Shown here piece by piece: positions 1 to 8,965 of a stretch of 64,000 nt of DNA. The notes under the pieces were generated by a model. The model was not told the DNA's origin. It ran no database searches and worked only from the letters and a program-made list of their open reading frames with translations. The first letter of the stretch is position 1, and every line of letters begins with the position of its first letter. Origin of the DNA: Rubripirellula sp. (lineage in GTDB: Bacteria > Planctomycetota > Planctomycetia > Pirellulales > Pirellulaceae); the NCBI GenBank assembly GCA_965216875.1, contig OZ244207.1, positions 4,096,001 through 4,160,000 on the forward strand, given 5' to 3'. A program made the position numbers and the translations under genes.

Positions 1-1267
1 GGGGACGTTCGACTTCGAGGTCGTGCCGTCGCGCCAATTGGTTCATCCACTCGCGCACGGGCAAGATCGCGCCGTAAAAATTGTTTCCGTCGGTTAGCGA
101 TTTCAGTCTTCGCCCACGATTGCCCCGCTGGAAACTCGCCTTGACGTCTTTCCCCAGCGCAACATTCCTTCCCGACGAAAACAGCTCGATCTCAGCAAAG
201 CCAATCTGAGTGCGGTTGACTTCGCTGAACGTTTGCAGGAATGGCTCAACCGCAATCAACGCGACGTAGCGGCATTCGACGGCGTCGAAACGGCGCATCA
301 TGATCGGCCCCGAATCGTAAATCGAATTGACCTCGATGGTGCACAATTCGCGCGGCTCAGAAAAGTCGCTTTGACGAGCACCGACGATCCGAAGCTTCCG
401 CGGAATCGCAAAATCAGTTCCGTGGCTCTGTGGCGCCGTGTCGCTCGTATCGACCGCATGCAAATGAACGCGGTCGATCGCTTCCGTTTGCCCGAGATCA
501 ATGATGAGACTTGGTTGGTCGGCGTCGCCCTCAACTTGGCTCACAAAAGCGATGCTTTGCTCGCCACCGGTCGCATCCATCAAATAGGGCACATGCCCAT
601 CAACCAAAAACGGTTTGTCAATAAACGCGGTCACCCGATCGTTTGACGAGACTTCAACCTGGGAATGGAGGGCGACGTTTTCTTCGCCACTGAAGACCAT
701 AATCTCAGAAAGCTGGAGATCGTAGCTGCCGTCCCACAATCGCGACCCGAGGGAAGTCGCCACGAGGCGAATCCAAGATCCACGCAGCGCCGGCGGGCAG
801 TCCACAACCAACGGCGCAAGCCGCGGAAGCAGCAAATCCTCCGCTTCATAGCGGGCAATCGTCCTTCCGTCGGTAGACGCGTCGCTACCAACTTCAACAC
901 GAAATTCAACGGGAAACCCATCCGCACGAAATCCTGTGCGGCCATCGCGCCAAATGGTTGGCACAATAACGATTTGGTCGATATCACACTGCTGACCAAG
1001 ATCAATCTGTATCGATACGGGATGATCCGGATCGTCAAACCGGCGCGAGCGATAACCGGTTGCGCCAATCCCGCTCCGCAGACTTAGGGACGCGAGCTGT
1101 TCGATTTCACGGTCGACCTCTGCCAAACGAACCTGCAACTGCGACATCGTCGGTTGCCCTATCGCTCGGTTCGACGGACTCCCACGCCAACACCCACCAC
1201 TGAGAAGTGGCACGAGTGCGGCCAACAGTATTGGCAGCGACGTTAGGCTTCGTTTGATCGGGTTCAT
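1..1267 (-). CDS. Partial gene (runs off window start): N-terminal extracytoplasmic region of a probable sensor histidine kinase with discoidin/F5-8-like domains
   Basis: Not in the ORF track. Hand translation from ATG 1267: MNPIKRSLTSLPILLAALVPLLSGGC... (signal/lipoprotein-like), then MSQLQVRLAEVDREIEQLASLSLRSGIGATGYRS..IQIDLGQQCDIDQIVIVPTIWRDG..DGFPVEF, and in the same frame near 120-210 IGFAEIELFSSGRNVALGK. GAGGTG lies upstream. The middle was not translated codon by codon. The kinase domain would lie outside the window, so the HK call rests on family recollection. Confidence 0.65.
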   Translation of the reverse strand, partial: MNPIKRSLTSLPILLAALVPLLSGGCWRGSPSNRAIGQPTMSQLQVRLAEVDREIEQLASLSLRSGIGATGYRSRRFDDPDHPVSIQIDLGQQCDIDQIVIVPTIWRDGRTGFRADGFPVEFRVEVGSDASTDGRTIARYEAEDLLLPRLAPLVVDCPPALRGSWIRLVATSLGSRLWDGSYDLQLSEIMVFSGEENVALHSQVEVSSNDRVTAFIDKPFLVDGHVPYLMDATGGEQSIAFVSQVEGDADQPSLIIDLGQTEAIDRVHLHAVDTSDTAPQSHGTDFAIPRKLRIVGARQSDFSEPRELCTIEVNSIYDSGPIMMRRFDAVECRYVALIAVEPFLQTFSEVNRTQIGFAEIELFSSGRNVALGKDVKASFQRGNRGRRLKSLTDGNNFYGAILPVREWMNQLARRHDLEVERP

Positions 1268-1516
1268 TCACCTCGCAACATCTTAGCGGAAGATTTTTAC
1301 CCCCTGCATCGTACAAATACACGATACCTCACACGGTGGTCGCTCAGTAGCATTCGTGAGTCGCATGCTTCTCTCGTCTTTTCCAAGTCTATTTCCCGTG
1401 TACAAGCGACACAGTTGTCATCATCAAATCCGCTTTTTGTGATCGAGGCATCGAGCTGGACTTCGTTGTCGAGGGGACTCGCTGACAGTGCTATCCATCA
1501 CACCTGTTGAAAGAGA

Positions 1517-2737
1517 ATGAAGATGAACGTTCATCACCTGAAAAGGCAAGGGTTCACGCTCGTCGAACTCCTTGTCGTGATCGCAATCATTGGCGTACTG
1601 GTAGGGCTACTGTTGCCGGCAGTGCAAGCAGCACGCGAGGCAGCGCGCCGGATGAGTTGTAGCAACAACTTCAAACAAATCGGCCTGGGAATTCACAACT
1701 ATCATTCCAGTTACAAACGGATCCCGGCGCACGGCTTCGGCACCACCTCCGTACCGAGCGCGAACAATGCATGGTGGGCATCCAATCCGCTGGCCAACAA
1801 CCGACGCTTGAGCACACTCGTTGCAATCTTGCCCTTTGTCGAACAGCAATCGATTTGGGAGATCATTAGCCAGCCCAATGACTTCGATTCTGATGGCACA
1901 GTCGATTTCCAATCAATGGGACCTACCCCCGAGAACATTGACTATCGGCCGTGGACACTCGAAATCCCGACCTATCGTTGCCCAAGCGATCCTGGTGTTG
2001 GCCTGCCGGCGCTCGGCCGCGCCAACTACGCCGCCTGCCTGGGCGATAGCACCTGGCAAACGATGGTCGGTCCCTGGGAAGGCGATTTGGTTGACCCGGT
2101 GAGGTCCTTTCGCTTTCAACGTGCGCAAGCCGGACATCGCGGATTCTTTAAACCACGTGACACTTCGGGCCGATTCCGCGATTGCCTGGACGGACTTGCC
2201 AACACGATCGCGATGGGAGAAATCATTACCTACCTCGGCGATAACGATGCGCGCGCCGTGTTGCCGATCGATGGCAGCAGCCTCGGCAATAACAACGGTG
2301 CTATGAATGCGATCCGTGACAATCCGGGTGCCTGCGATACGTTCGTCGATCCAGAGCGTCCGAGGTTCTGGCTCAACGGTGGATCGCGAACGACACGGGG
2401 CCGTGGCTACCGATGGGCGGACTTCAAACAGATCTTCACGGGTTGCTTCACGATCCTGCCACCGAACGACGTTTACTGTGCGCGTCACAACGGGGACGAC
2501 TTGACCGGGACCGCTCCCATGTCAAGCCAACACCAAGGGGGTGCCCATATCCTGATGGCCGACGGCGCCGTGGTCTTTATCTCGGATTCAATCGAAGCCG
2601 GAAATCGAAACCACGGCGATGTCTGGTTGGGCGGCACAGGCGCCCGGCAACCAGGCAGCGAAAGTCCTTATGGACTTTGGGGAGCACTCGGAACGAGAGC
2701 CGCCAAAGAAGTCATCGAGGAAGAGCTAAACCAATAG
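1517..2737 (+). CDS. DUF1559 family protein with prepilin-type N-terminal methylation motif
   Basis: GFTLVELLVVIAIIGVLVGLLLPAVQAAREAARRMSCSNN N-terminus; CPSDP; H-X9-DG motif HQGGAHILMADG. Confidence 0.95.
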   Translation: MKMNVHHLKRQGFTLVELLVVIAIIGVLVGLLLPAVQAAREAARRMSCSNNFKQIGLGIHNYHSSYKRIPAHGFGTTSVPSANNAWWASNPLANNRRLSTLVAILPFVEQQSIWEIISQPNDFDSDGTVDFQSMGPTPENIDYRPWTLEIPTYRCPSDPGVGLPALGRANYAACLGDSTWQTMVGPWEGDLVDPVRSFRFQRAQAGHRGFFKPRDTSGRFRDCLDGLANTIAMGEIITYLGDNDARAVLPIDGSSLGNNNGAMNAIRDNPGACDTFVDPERPRFWLNGGSRTTRGRGYRWADFKQIFTGCFTILPPNDVYCARHNGDDLTGTAPMSSQHQGGAHILMADGAVVFISDSIEAGNRNHGDVWLGGTGARQPGSESPYGLWGALGTRAAKEVIEEELNQ

Positions 2738-2824
2738 CGCCCCCATCGATCCATCGGAAGGCGGACCGCACTGTGGTTCGCCTTCCTCCACTACACCAAG
2801 CCACCACGCTACTGATCTATCCTT

Positions 2825-3013
2825 ATGAATCGACCGAGAATTACCCCCCTGCTTCCAACGGCCCTGTTTGTTGTCGCCACCTTGGTTGGATGCGCTGACA
2901 CGAAACCAAAGTCCATAACCGATGAGCTGGATCAATCAGCCATCGATGCCTACAAAGAAACGGAAAAGCAAATTGAACTCGAAGCAATGAACGACATGGA
3001 TCTCGGAGAGTAG
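2825..3013 (+). CDS. Small lipoprotein, DUF1559-associated
   Basis: Hydrophobic leader ending in LVGC lipobox; acidic tail; directly downstream of the DUF1559 gene. Confidence 0.7.
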   Translation: MNRPRITPLLPTALFVVATLVGCADTKPKSITDELDQSAIDAYKETEKQIELEAMNDMDLGE

Positions 3014-3019
3014 TCGCCA

Positions 3020-4261
3020 TTACTCGTATCGCAACGCGTCGATTGGATCGAGGCGGCTTGCCTTTCTCGCCGGGTAGTAGCCGAAAAAGACGCCGACACA
3101 GGCAGAAAAGAGAATCGCAATCATTGCCGCCGGAAGACTCACCACCACCGGCCAATCGGTTCCAGGTGAAAACGCGTTGATCAACTTGATCACTCCAATG
3201 GAGCCACCAATCCCGAGCGCAAGGCCGATCAGTCCGCCAATCACCGAGAGCACGACCGCTTCGATCAAGAACTGACGCAAGATATCGGTCCCTCGCGCGC
3301 CGACAGCCATTCGGACACCGATCTCACGCGTTCGCTCGGTCACCGACACAAGCATGATGTTCATGATTCCGACGCCACCGACCGCCAAACTGATCGCGGC
3401 GATCGAAGCGAGCATCGCCGTCATTGATCCGGTAATCACGCCCAGCACATTCGCGATCTCCGTTGTGCTTTGCACTTCAAAGTCAGCAGGACGCCCAGGC
3501 GCAATGTCGTGACGTTCCCGCAGCAGTTGTTTGATTTCGTTGGTCGCAACGGATGTCAGTTCCGCGGATCGCGCCGAGGCCATGATCGCATGAACGCTGT
3601 TGAACTCGTTCCCATGAATCCGTTTCTGAACGGTCGTGTAGGGCACTAAGAGCACATCATCCTGGTCCTCGCCAACCATGTTGGCCCCCTTCGCTTCCAA
3701 GACCCCAATCACGCGAAAGGGAATGGAACCGATGCGAACCTTTTCGCCGATCGGGTCAATGGTCTGAAAAAGCTTGGCGACCAACGTTTGACCGATCACG
3801 CAGACTTTGTCGGCGGATCGGATTTCACGTTCGCCAAAGAAGCCTCCCCGACGAAGTTCCCACGAGCGAACGGTCAAGTATTGGGGTCCGACACCGAGAC
3901 ACTCCTTCGGCTGCCAGTTGACGCCTCCGTAGACGACCTGATTGCCAAAACCAACCAGCCCGCTGCTCGCCGCGACCGCACTGCACTCGCTACTGATCGC
4001 ATTGGAATCGTCCGAATTGAGGGTGATCGCACGCAAGTCATGCACACCACCGCGCTGCATCATTTTTGGAAAGATAATGATGACGTTTGTGCCGAGTCCT
4101 TCAAGTTCACCACGCACAAGACCCTCGGCACTTTGACCGATCGACACCATCGCTGTCACCGCTGCGATGCCAATGACAACACCCAACGTTGTCAACGTCG
4201 CGCGCATGCGATTCTTGCCCAAGGAGCGAAACGCAATCCGAACGGTATTCCAAAAGCCCAT
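3020..4261 (-). CDS. MacB/FtsX-family ABC transporter permease
   Basis: LTTLGVVIGIAAV first TM; GGVGIMNIMLVSVTERTREIGVRMAVGA; FFGYYPARKASRLDPIDALRYE terminus. Confidence 0.95.
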   Translation of the reverse strand: MGFWNTVRIAFRSLGKNRMRATLTTLGVVIGIAAVTAMVSIGQSAEGLVRGELEGLGTNVIIIFPKMMQRGGVHDLRAITLNSDDSNAISSECSAVAASSGLVGFGNQVVYGGVNWQPKECLGVGPQYLTVRSWELRRGGFFGEREIRSADKVCVIGQTLVAKLFQTIDPIGEKVRIGSIPFRVIGVLEAKGANMVGEDQDDVLLVPYTTVQKRIHGNEFNSVHAIMASARSAELTSVATNEIKQLLRERHDIAPGRPADFEVQSTTEIANVLGVITGSMTAMLASIAAISLAVGGVGIMNIMLVSVTERTREIGVRMAVGARGTDILRQFLIEAVVLSVIGGLIGLALGIGGSIGVIKLINAFSPGTDWPVVVSLPAAMIAILFSACVGVFFGYYPARKASRLDPIDALRYE

Positions 4262-4263
4262 AT

Positions 4264-5514
4264 TTACTTCTTTTGCTTTTTGGCAGTGACCAATGCATCG
4301 CCCTCTTTGACATCACCACTTAGGACCTCGGTCCAACGACTGTCACGGATACCGATCGCCACAGGAATCGCTCGCAGCTTTTGGTCTTCCCAAACCCAAA
4401 CGTGGCGACGATTCTTGTTGCTTGCTGCGGCAGTCTTTTCTTCAGCCGATTCTTCGTCGACCTCGTCGGTCGATTCGGAATCATCCAAACCGGTGACGAT
4501 TTTTTTGTCTTCCTCGCGAACAAACTGCACTTCGGGAAAAAACCGTAGTGCAGCGTTCGGAATCTTCAGGCAATCGTCACGACGTTCGATGCGAAACGAC
4601 AAACTCGCTGTCATTCCGGGCATCAGTTTGCCATCGTCATTCGGCGCCGAAACCACAACTGGGTAGGTCACGACATTTTGGACTTCCACGGGACTCAGTC
4701 GCACCTGTTTGATCGCCCCGACAAACAGAACATCGGGGTAGGCATCGACTGTGAATTTGACTTCCTGGTCCGACACCTGTGCTTTGCGAATGTGGCCAAT
4801 GTCCGCTTCGTCGACTGAAGCAAAAATATGAACTTCATCGCGAATGTCGGGCGCGACGGTAAACAGCTCAGGCGTCTGGAACTGTGCCGCAAGCGTTTGC
4901 CCCGGCTCGATCTTTCGATCGATGATGATGCCATCAACCGGCGACTCGATTCGCGTGTAGCCCAAGTTGGCTTCCGAATTGGCTAGCGATGCCTCGGCCT
5001 GTGCGACGCCCGCTTCGGCAACGACAAGTTGTGCCTCGAGCGACTGGCGCGAAAACCTCGCTTGATCAACCTCCACCTGAGAAACAAACCCCTTGCCTTG
5101 AGACAAGAGTTGATCAGCGCGCTGCTCATCTGCCCTTGCCTGCGCGAGATCCGCTTCGACGCGTTTCACTTCACCACGTCGGATTGCCAGGACAGCTTGG
5201 TCGCCAGCAACTGCGGCTTGATAAATGCGAGGGTCGATCTCGGCGAGCAGTTGGCCCTCTTTGACCTGATCATTGAAATCAACGTGCAGCTCTTTGATCG
5301 GCCCGGAGACGAATGAGCCTACCGCGACCGAGAGCACCGGTTTCACTTCACCGGTTGAGTTGACGACCGAAGTGATCGATCCCGTTTCGACTTTGCCCGT
5401 GGCAAACTCCGGAATGTTTCGCTTGCGCAAATATTCTTGCGTCCATTTTCCCGCTGCACCCAGGGCACCCACCACAACGGCAAGAATCAGAATTCGAACG
5501 AACCAGCGCATCAA
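4264..5514 (-). CDS. Efflux periplasmic adaptor (MacA/HlyD family)
   Basis: N-terminal TM; VGSFVSGPIKELHVDFNDQVKEGQLLAEID lipoyl half; coiled hairpin; IESPVDG; LMPGMTA. Confidence 0.93.
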   Translation of the reverse strand: MMRWFVRILILAVVVGALGAAGKWTQEYLRKRNIPEFATGKVETGSITSVVNSTGEVKPVLSVAVGSFVSGPIKELHVDFNDQVKEGQLLAEIDPRIYQAAVAGDQAVLAIRRGEVKRVEADLAQARADEQRADQLLSQGKGFVSQVEVDQARFSRQSLEAQLVVAEAGVAQAEASLANSEANLGYTRIESPVDGIIIDRKIEPGQTLAAQFQTPELFTVAPDIRDEVHIFASVDEADIGHIRKAQVSDQEVKFTVDAYPDVLFVGAIKQVRLSPVEVQNVVTYPVVVSAPNDDGKLMPGMTASLSFRIERRDDCLKIPNAALRFFPEVQFVREEDKKIVTGLDDSESTDEVDEESAEEKTAAASNKNRRHVWVWEDQKLRAIPVAIGIRDSRWTEVLSGDVKEGDALVTAKKQKK

Positions 5515-5795
5515 GAATCGGTATTTCGGGTAGTTGCGGACTCAGAACCAAGCAATGCGCGCCCATGGCACGTTCATTTCGAGCAAGTATAAAGAGAAGG
5601 CCGGCTCACAAAACGCCCAATCAGCCGGAAAACACAGGGTTTCAACAAACCTAATTTTTTCACAACTTTTTCGTCCCCGAGACCAAGATCGGTCGGCGGA
5701 CGACGAACAGCGTGCGTACCCAATGCCTCTTTCTAAGGGGCACATCGACGCGCGGCGGACCCACACCCAACACACACCCACGGACCGAAGAAACC

Positions 5796-6092
5796 ATGAT
5801 GCTTGCCGAATTCAATTGGGATGCGATCTTCTTTAACCCACTCGCTATCCCGATCATTGCGATCGTGTCGGTCTTCACTTGGCTGATCATTGCATCAATT
5901 TCCGAATCGATCTCGAACGTGATGAATCATCGCGCTGACGTCGATCTGAAAATGGAGCTCTTTTCACAAGGTGTTCCCGCAGACGAAATCGTGCGGATCG
6001 TCGAAGCGGGACGTCCCGGCGAATCAGCTGGCCAGCAACACTCACACTACTGCCAAACCAAGCCGCATGCGGCTCCCATCCACGGCATGTAG
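5796..6092 (+). CDS. Small single-TM hypothetical membrane protein
   Basis: MMLAEF start chosen; one TM helix followed by LKMELFSQGVPADEIVRIVEAG helix. Confidence 0.7.
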   Translation: MMLAEFNWDAIFFNPLAIPIIAIVSVFTWLIIASISESISNVMNHRADVDLKMELFSQGVPADEIVRIVEAGRPGESAGQQHSHYCQTKPHAAPIHGM

Positions 6093-6136
6093 CGTCGGCC
6101 ACAGGCCGATACTGGTTTCCCCAAAGAGACGTCTGC

Positions 6137-7114
6137 GTGAAAGCGATTGTGCGCGACCAATACGGTGGCCCCGAGGTATTGCGACTCGAAGAGATCGCAA
6201 CACCCGTACCAGATCCCAATGAAGTCTTGATACAAATCAACGCAGCCTCGGTCGCCAAAGGGGATTGGGAAATCCTGCGTGGCGACCCGTTTTGGGTTCG
6301 GTTGGTCGGCTTTGGCTTTCGCCATCCAAAGCAGCGAACGCTTGGCTACAACTTTGCCGGGCGGATCGAAGCGGTCGGTGAACAGGTTTCGCGTTACAAA
6401 CCGGGCGATCTTGTGTTTGGCGTTTGCCTGCACTCACGATTGGGAGCGTTTGCCGAACGTATTGCTCTCCCCGAGGACGCTGCGTTCGTGCACATGCCCG
6501 AAAACTTGGGGTTCGATCAAGCCGCGAGCCTCCCCGAGGCTGGATGCATCGTCCTGCAAGCCTTCCATCGCACGACTCAACTTGAATCGGGCCAACGTGT
6601 CTTGATCAACGGAGCAGGGGGCGGCGCCGGATCGTTGGCAATCCAATGCGCCAAATCGCAAGGGGCCATCGTCACCGCAATCGACCGCGGCGAGAAACTC
6701 GACTTCATGCGATCCATCGGAGCCGACGAGGTGATCGATTACACCCAGGCGTCGCAGGATTCGATCGATCAAACGTATGACGTGATTCTTGACGTCGTTG
6801 GCACAGGCTCGATCGGGACTTGGAACCGCATGCTGCGTCCACACGGACAGTACTTGGCTGCGGGTGGGAGTGTTTCTCAGATCATCAAGACACTAGCGCA
6901 AGGCGCGTGGTTTTCTGCGACCACGTCAAAACGACTTGGCATGTTGACAGTCTCGCCGACCAAAGAAGACCTGGAACTTCTCTGCAACTGGATCGCATCC
7001 GAGACCATCACGCCAACCATCGACCAAACCTTTTCGTTGGACGATGTCCCCGATGCGATCCGCTACTTGGGCGACGGCCGATCGAAAGGCAAAGTGGTGA
7101 TCGCCGTTGCTTGA
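6137..7114 (+). CDS. NAD(P)-dependent MDR-family oxidoreductase (zinc-independent ADH/quinone reductase-like)
   Basis: MKAIV..YGGPEVL start; VLINGAGGGAGS nucleotide motif; GADEVIDY; GRSKGKVVI terminus. Confidence 0.92.
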   Translation: MKAIVRDQYGGPEVLRLEEIATPVPDPNEVLIQINAASVAKGDWEILRGDPFWVRLVGFGFRHPKQRTLGYNFAGRIEAVGEQVSRYKPGDLVFGVCLHSRLGAFAERIALPEDAAFVHMPENLGFDQAASLPEAGCIVLQAFHRTTQLESGQRVLINGAGGGAGSLAIQCAKSQGAIVTAIDRGEKLDFMRSIGADEVIDYTQASQDSIDQTYDVILDVVGTGSIGTWNRMLRPHGQYLAAGGSVSQIIKTLAQGAWFSATTSKRLGMLTVSPTKEDLELLCNWIASETITPTIDQTFSLDDVPDAIRYLGDGRSKGKVVIAVA

Positions 7115-7127
7115 GACTCTTGCGAGG

Positions 7128-8015
7128 TCACTCTTTTTCAACGTGCGATTTTGGCAACAAGCTAACCGTAAAGGTCAAGTTGTAAGGCGCATTGGTCGTC
7201 CGCGCTGCGTTGACCTGATCGCACTGCCAAACGAGTTGCCCCTGATGGGTTAGCTTCAAGGGTCGCCCGGTAAAACGCGCTACCGCGTATCGCCATTTGG
7301 GTTCTTGCTTGTCATCGATGAACGATTCAAGCAACAAAAAGAGCTCGGGATCGGTGCCCAGCACAAACGCAAAAATCGCTCCGTCAACGACACCTGCCTC
7401 GTCGCTTTTGTAGCGCAACAGCGGGCTGGGCATTAGCCGCAGTTGACTCGGTTGACTCGAATTGCGTTCAATGACTTCGGCACGAAAGCTTTTTGCGATT
7501 TGGCGCATCTGAACCAGACGCCGACTCTCTGCGATCTCCTTGCCCCATCCGGTGGCTTGCAACGTCTTGAATTGGATCCCAGGTTGCTGGCAGTGCCAGT
7601 CAGTCACTTGCCGATTCGGATTGCGACGTGTGGCAATCATTGCTGGTCGCTTCGCAACGACGGCTTGCTCAGACAGCGAATGCAGTTCATGAGAAACTTG
7701 TCGCAGCGTTTCGTCCGTCAAGTGATTGATCGACCAAACCGTACCGATCACCAAAGGTCGCCCGTGGAGTGTCCAGGCATAGACCGATCCATGTTGGTCA
7801 CGGTTGCGCACAGGGTTGGTGTATTTCAGAAGGGGCGTCGGATGCAGTTGCAGCACGGAGCCCTCTTTGTCATCCAAAGCGATCTCGTATCCGCCGGCGC
7901 GCTGGTCATAAAACCCCATCCACTTTTCGACGACATCGCTTGAGCCCTCTTCCTGGGCGCCAGCCATCGAGACGCTGCAAAGAACAAAGGCGACAAACAG
8001 CAATTTCGATTTCAT
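7128..8015 (-). CDS. Secreted hypothetical protein
   Basis: Signal peptide MKSKLLFVAFVLCSVSMAGAQ; DGAIFAFVLGTDPELFLLLE segment; converges on the MDR gene. Confidence 0.8.
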   Translation of the reverse strand: MKSKLLFVAFVLCSVSMAGAQEEGSSDVVEKWMGFYDQRAGGYEIALDDKEGSVLQLHPTPLLKYTNPVRNRDQHGSVYAWTLHGRPLVIGTVWSINHLTDETLRQVSHELHSLSEQAVVAKRPAMIATRRNPNRQVTDWHCQQPGIQFKTLQATGWGKEIAESRRLVQMRQIAKSFRAEVIERNSSQPSQLRLMPSPLLRYKSDEAGVVDGAIFAFVLGTDPELFLLLESFIDDKQEPKWRYAVARFTGRPLKLTHQGQLVWQCDQVNAARTTNAPYNLTFTVSLLPKSHVEKE

Positions 8016-8092
8016 CCATCGACTCCATTGAGCAAAAATCAGACGCTACCGCTTATTTTAACCAGAGTGCGTCAGGGATCACAACGGTCGGG

Positions 8093-8942
8093 GACAAATG
8101 ACCGTGCGCGGACAAGAGAGACAGAAAGATAGGTGACACAAAAATGACCGGGGCAAGCAGACATCAACGACACAGTCGGGTCATTTTTTTGTCCTCCATC
8201 TTTTTGTCCTTTCTTTCTTTCACTGCATCGCGCGTTCACCGAGAAACTGATAATCCGTTCGTCCGAACGCGGTGACAAATGACCGTAAGTGGAAAAGAGA
8301 GGCAGAAAGATCGATGGCATAAAAATGGCTGGGGCTGGCAAACATCAACGACATAGCCGGGTCATTTTTTTGTCCTCCATCTTTTTGTCCTTTCTTTCTT
8401 TCACTGCATCGCGCGTTCAACAAGAAACTGATAATCCGTTCGTCCGAACGCGGTGACAAATGACCGTGCGCAGACAAGAGAGACAGAAAGATCGGTGACA
8501 TAAAAATGGCTGGGGCTGGCAAACATCAACGACACAGTCGGGTCATGTTTTTGTCCCCCATCTTTTTGTCCTTTTCTTTCTTTCACTGCATCGCGCGTTC
8601 ACCGAGAAACTGACAATCCATTCGTCCGAACGCGGCGCAAGTGACCGTGCGCGGACAAGAGAGACAGAAAGATCGGTGACATAAAAATGACCGGGGCAAG
8701 CAGACATCAACGACACAGCCGGGTCATTTTTTTGCCCTCCATCTTTTTGCCTTTTCTTTCTTTCACTGCATCGCGCGTTCACCGAGAAACTGATCATCCG
8801 TTCGTCCGAACGCGGTGAGAAATGACCGTAAGTGGAAAAGAGAGGCAGAAAGATCGGTGGCAAAAAGATGGCTGGGGCTGACACACAGCAGGGTCATTTT
8901 TTTGTCCCCCATCTTTTTGTCCTTTCTCTCTTTCGCTGCATC
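8093..8942. repeat. Tandem array of about 4.7 copies of a 181-bp unit, each containing a long imperfect inverted repeat
   Basis: TGACCGT recurs at 8099, 8280, 8461, 8642 and 8823 (period 181). Each unit has an arm like GACAGAAAGATAGGTGACACAAAAATGACC paired with GGTCATTTTTTTGTCCTCCATCTTTTTGTC, plus a small hairpin CGTTCGTCCGAACG. Confidence 0.97.
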
Positions 8943-8965
8943 CGGACGAAACGAGCCGATAGACG

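Noticed and set aside
233..1087. Plus-strand ORFs 233-646 and 665-1087
   Set aside because: Antisense shadows of the minus-strand sensor gene
8093..8942. CRISPR array
   Set aside because: Units are similar along their whole 181 bp with no unique spacers, and no cas genes are in the window
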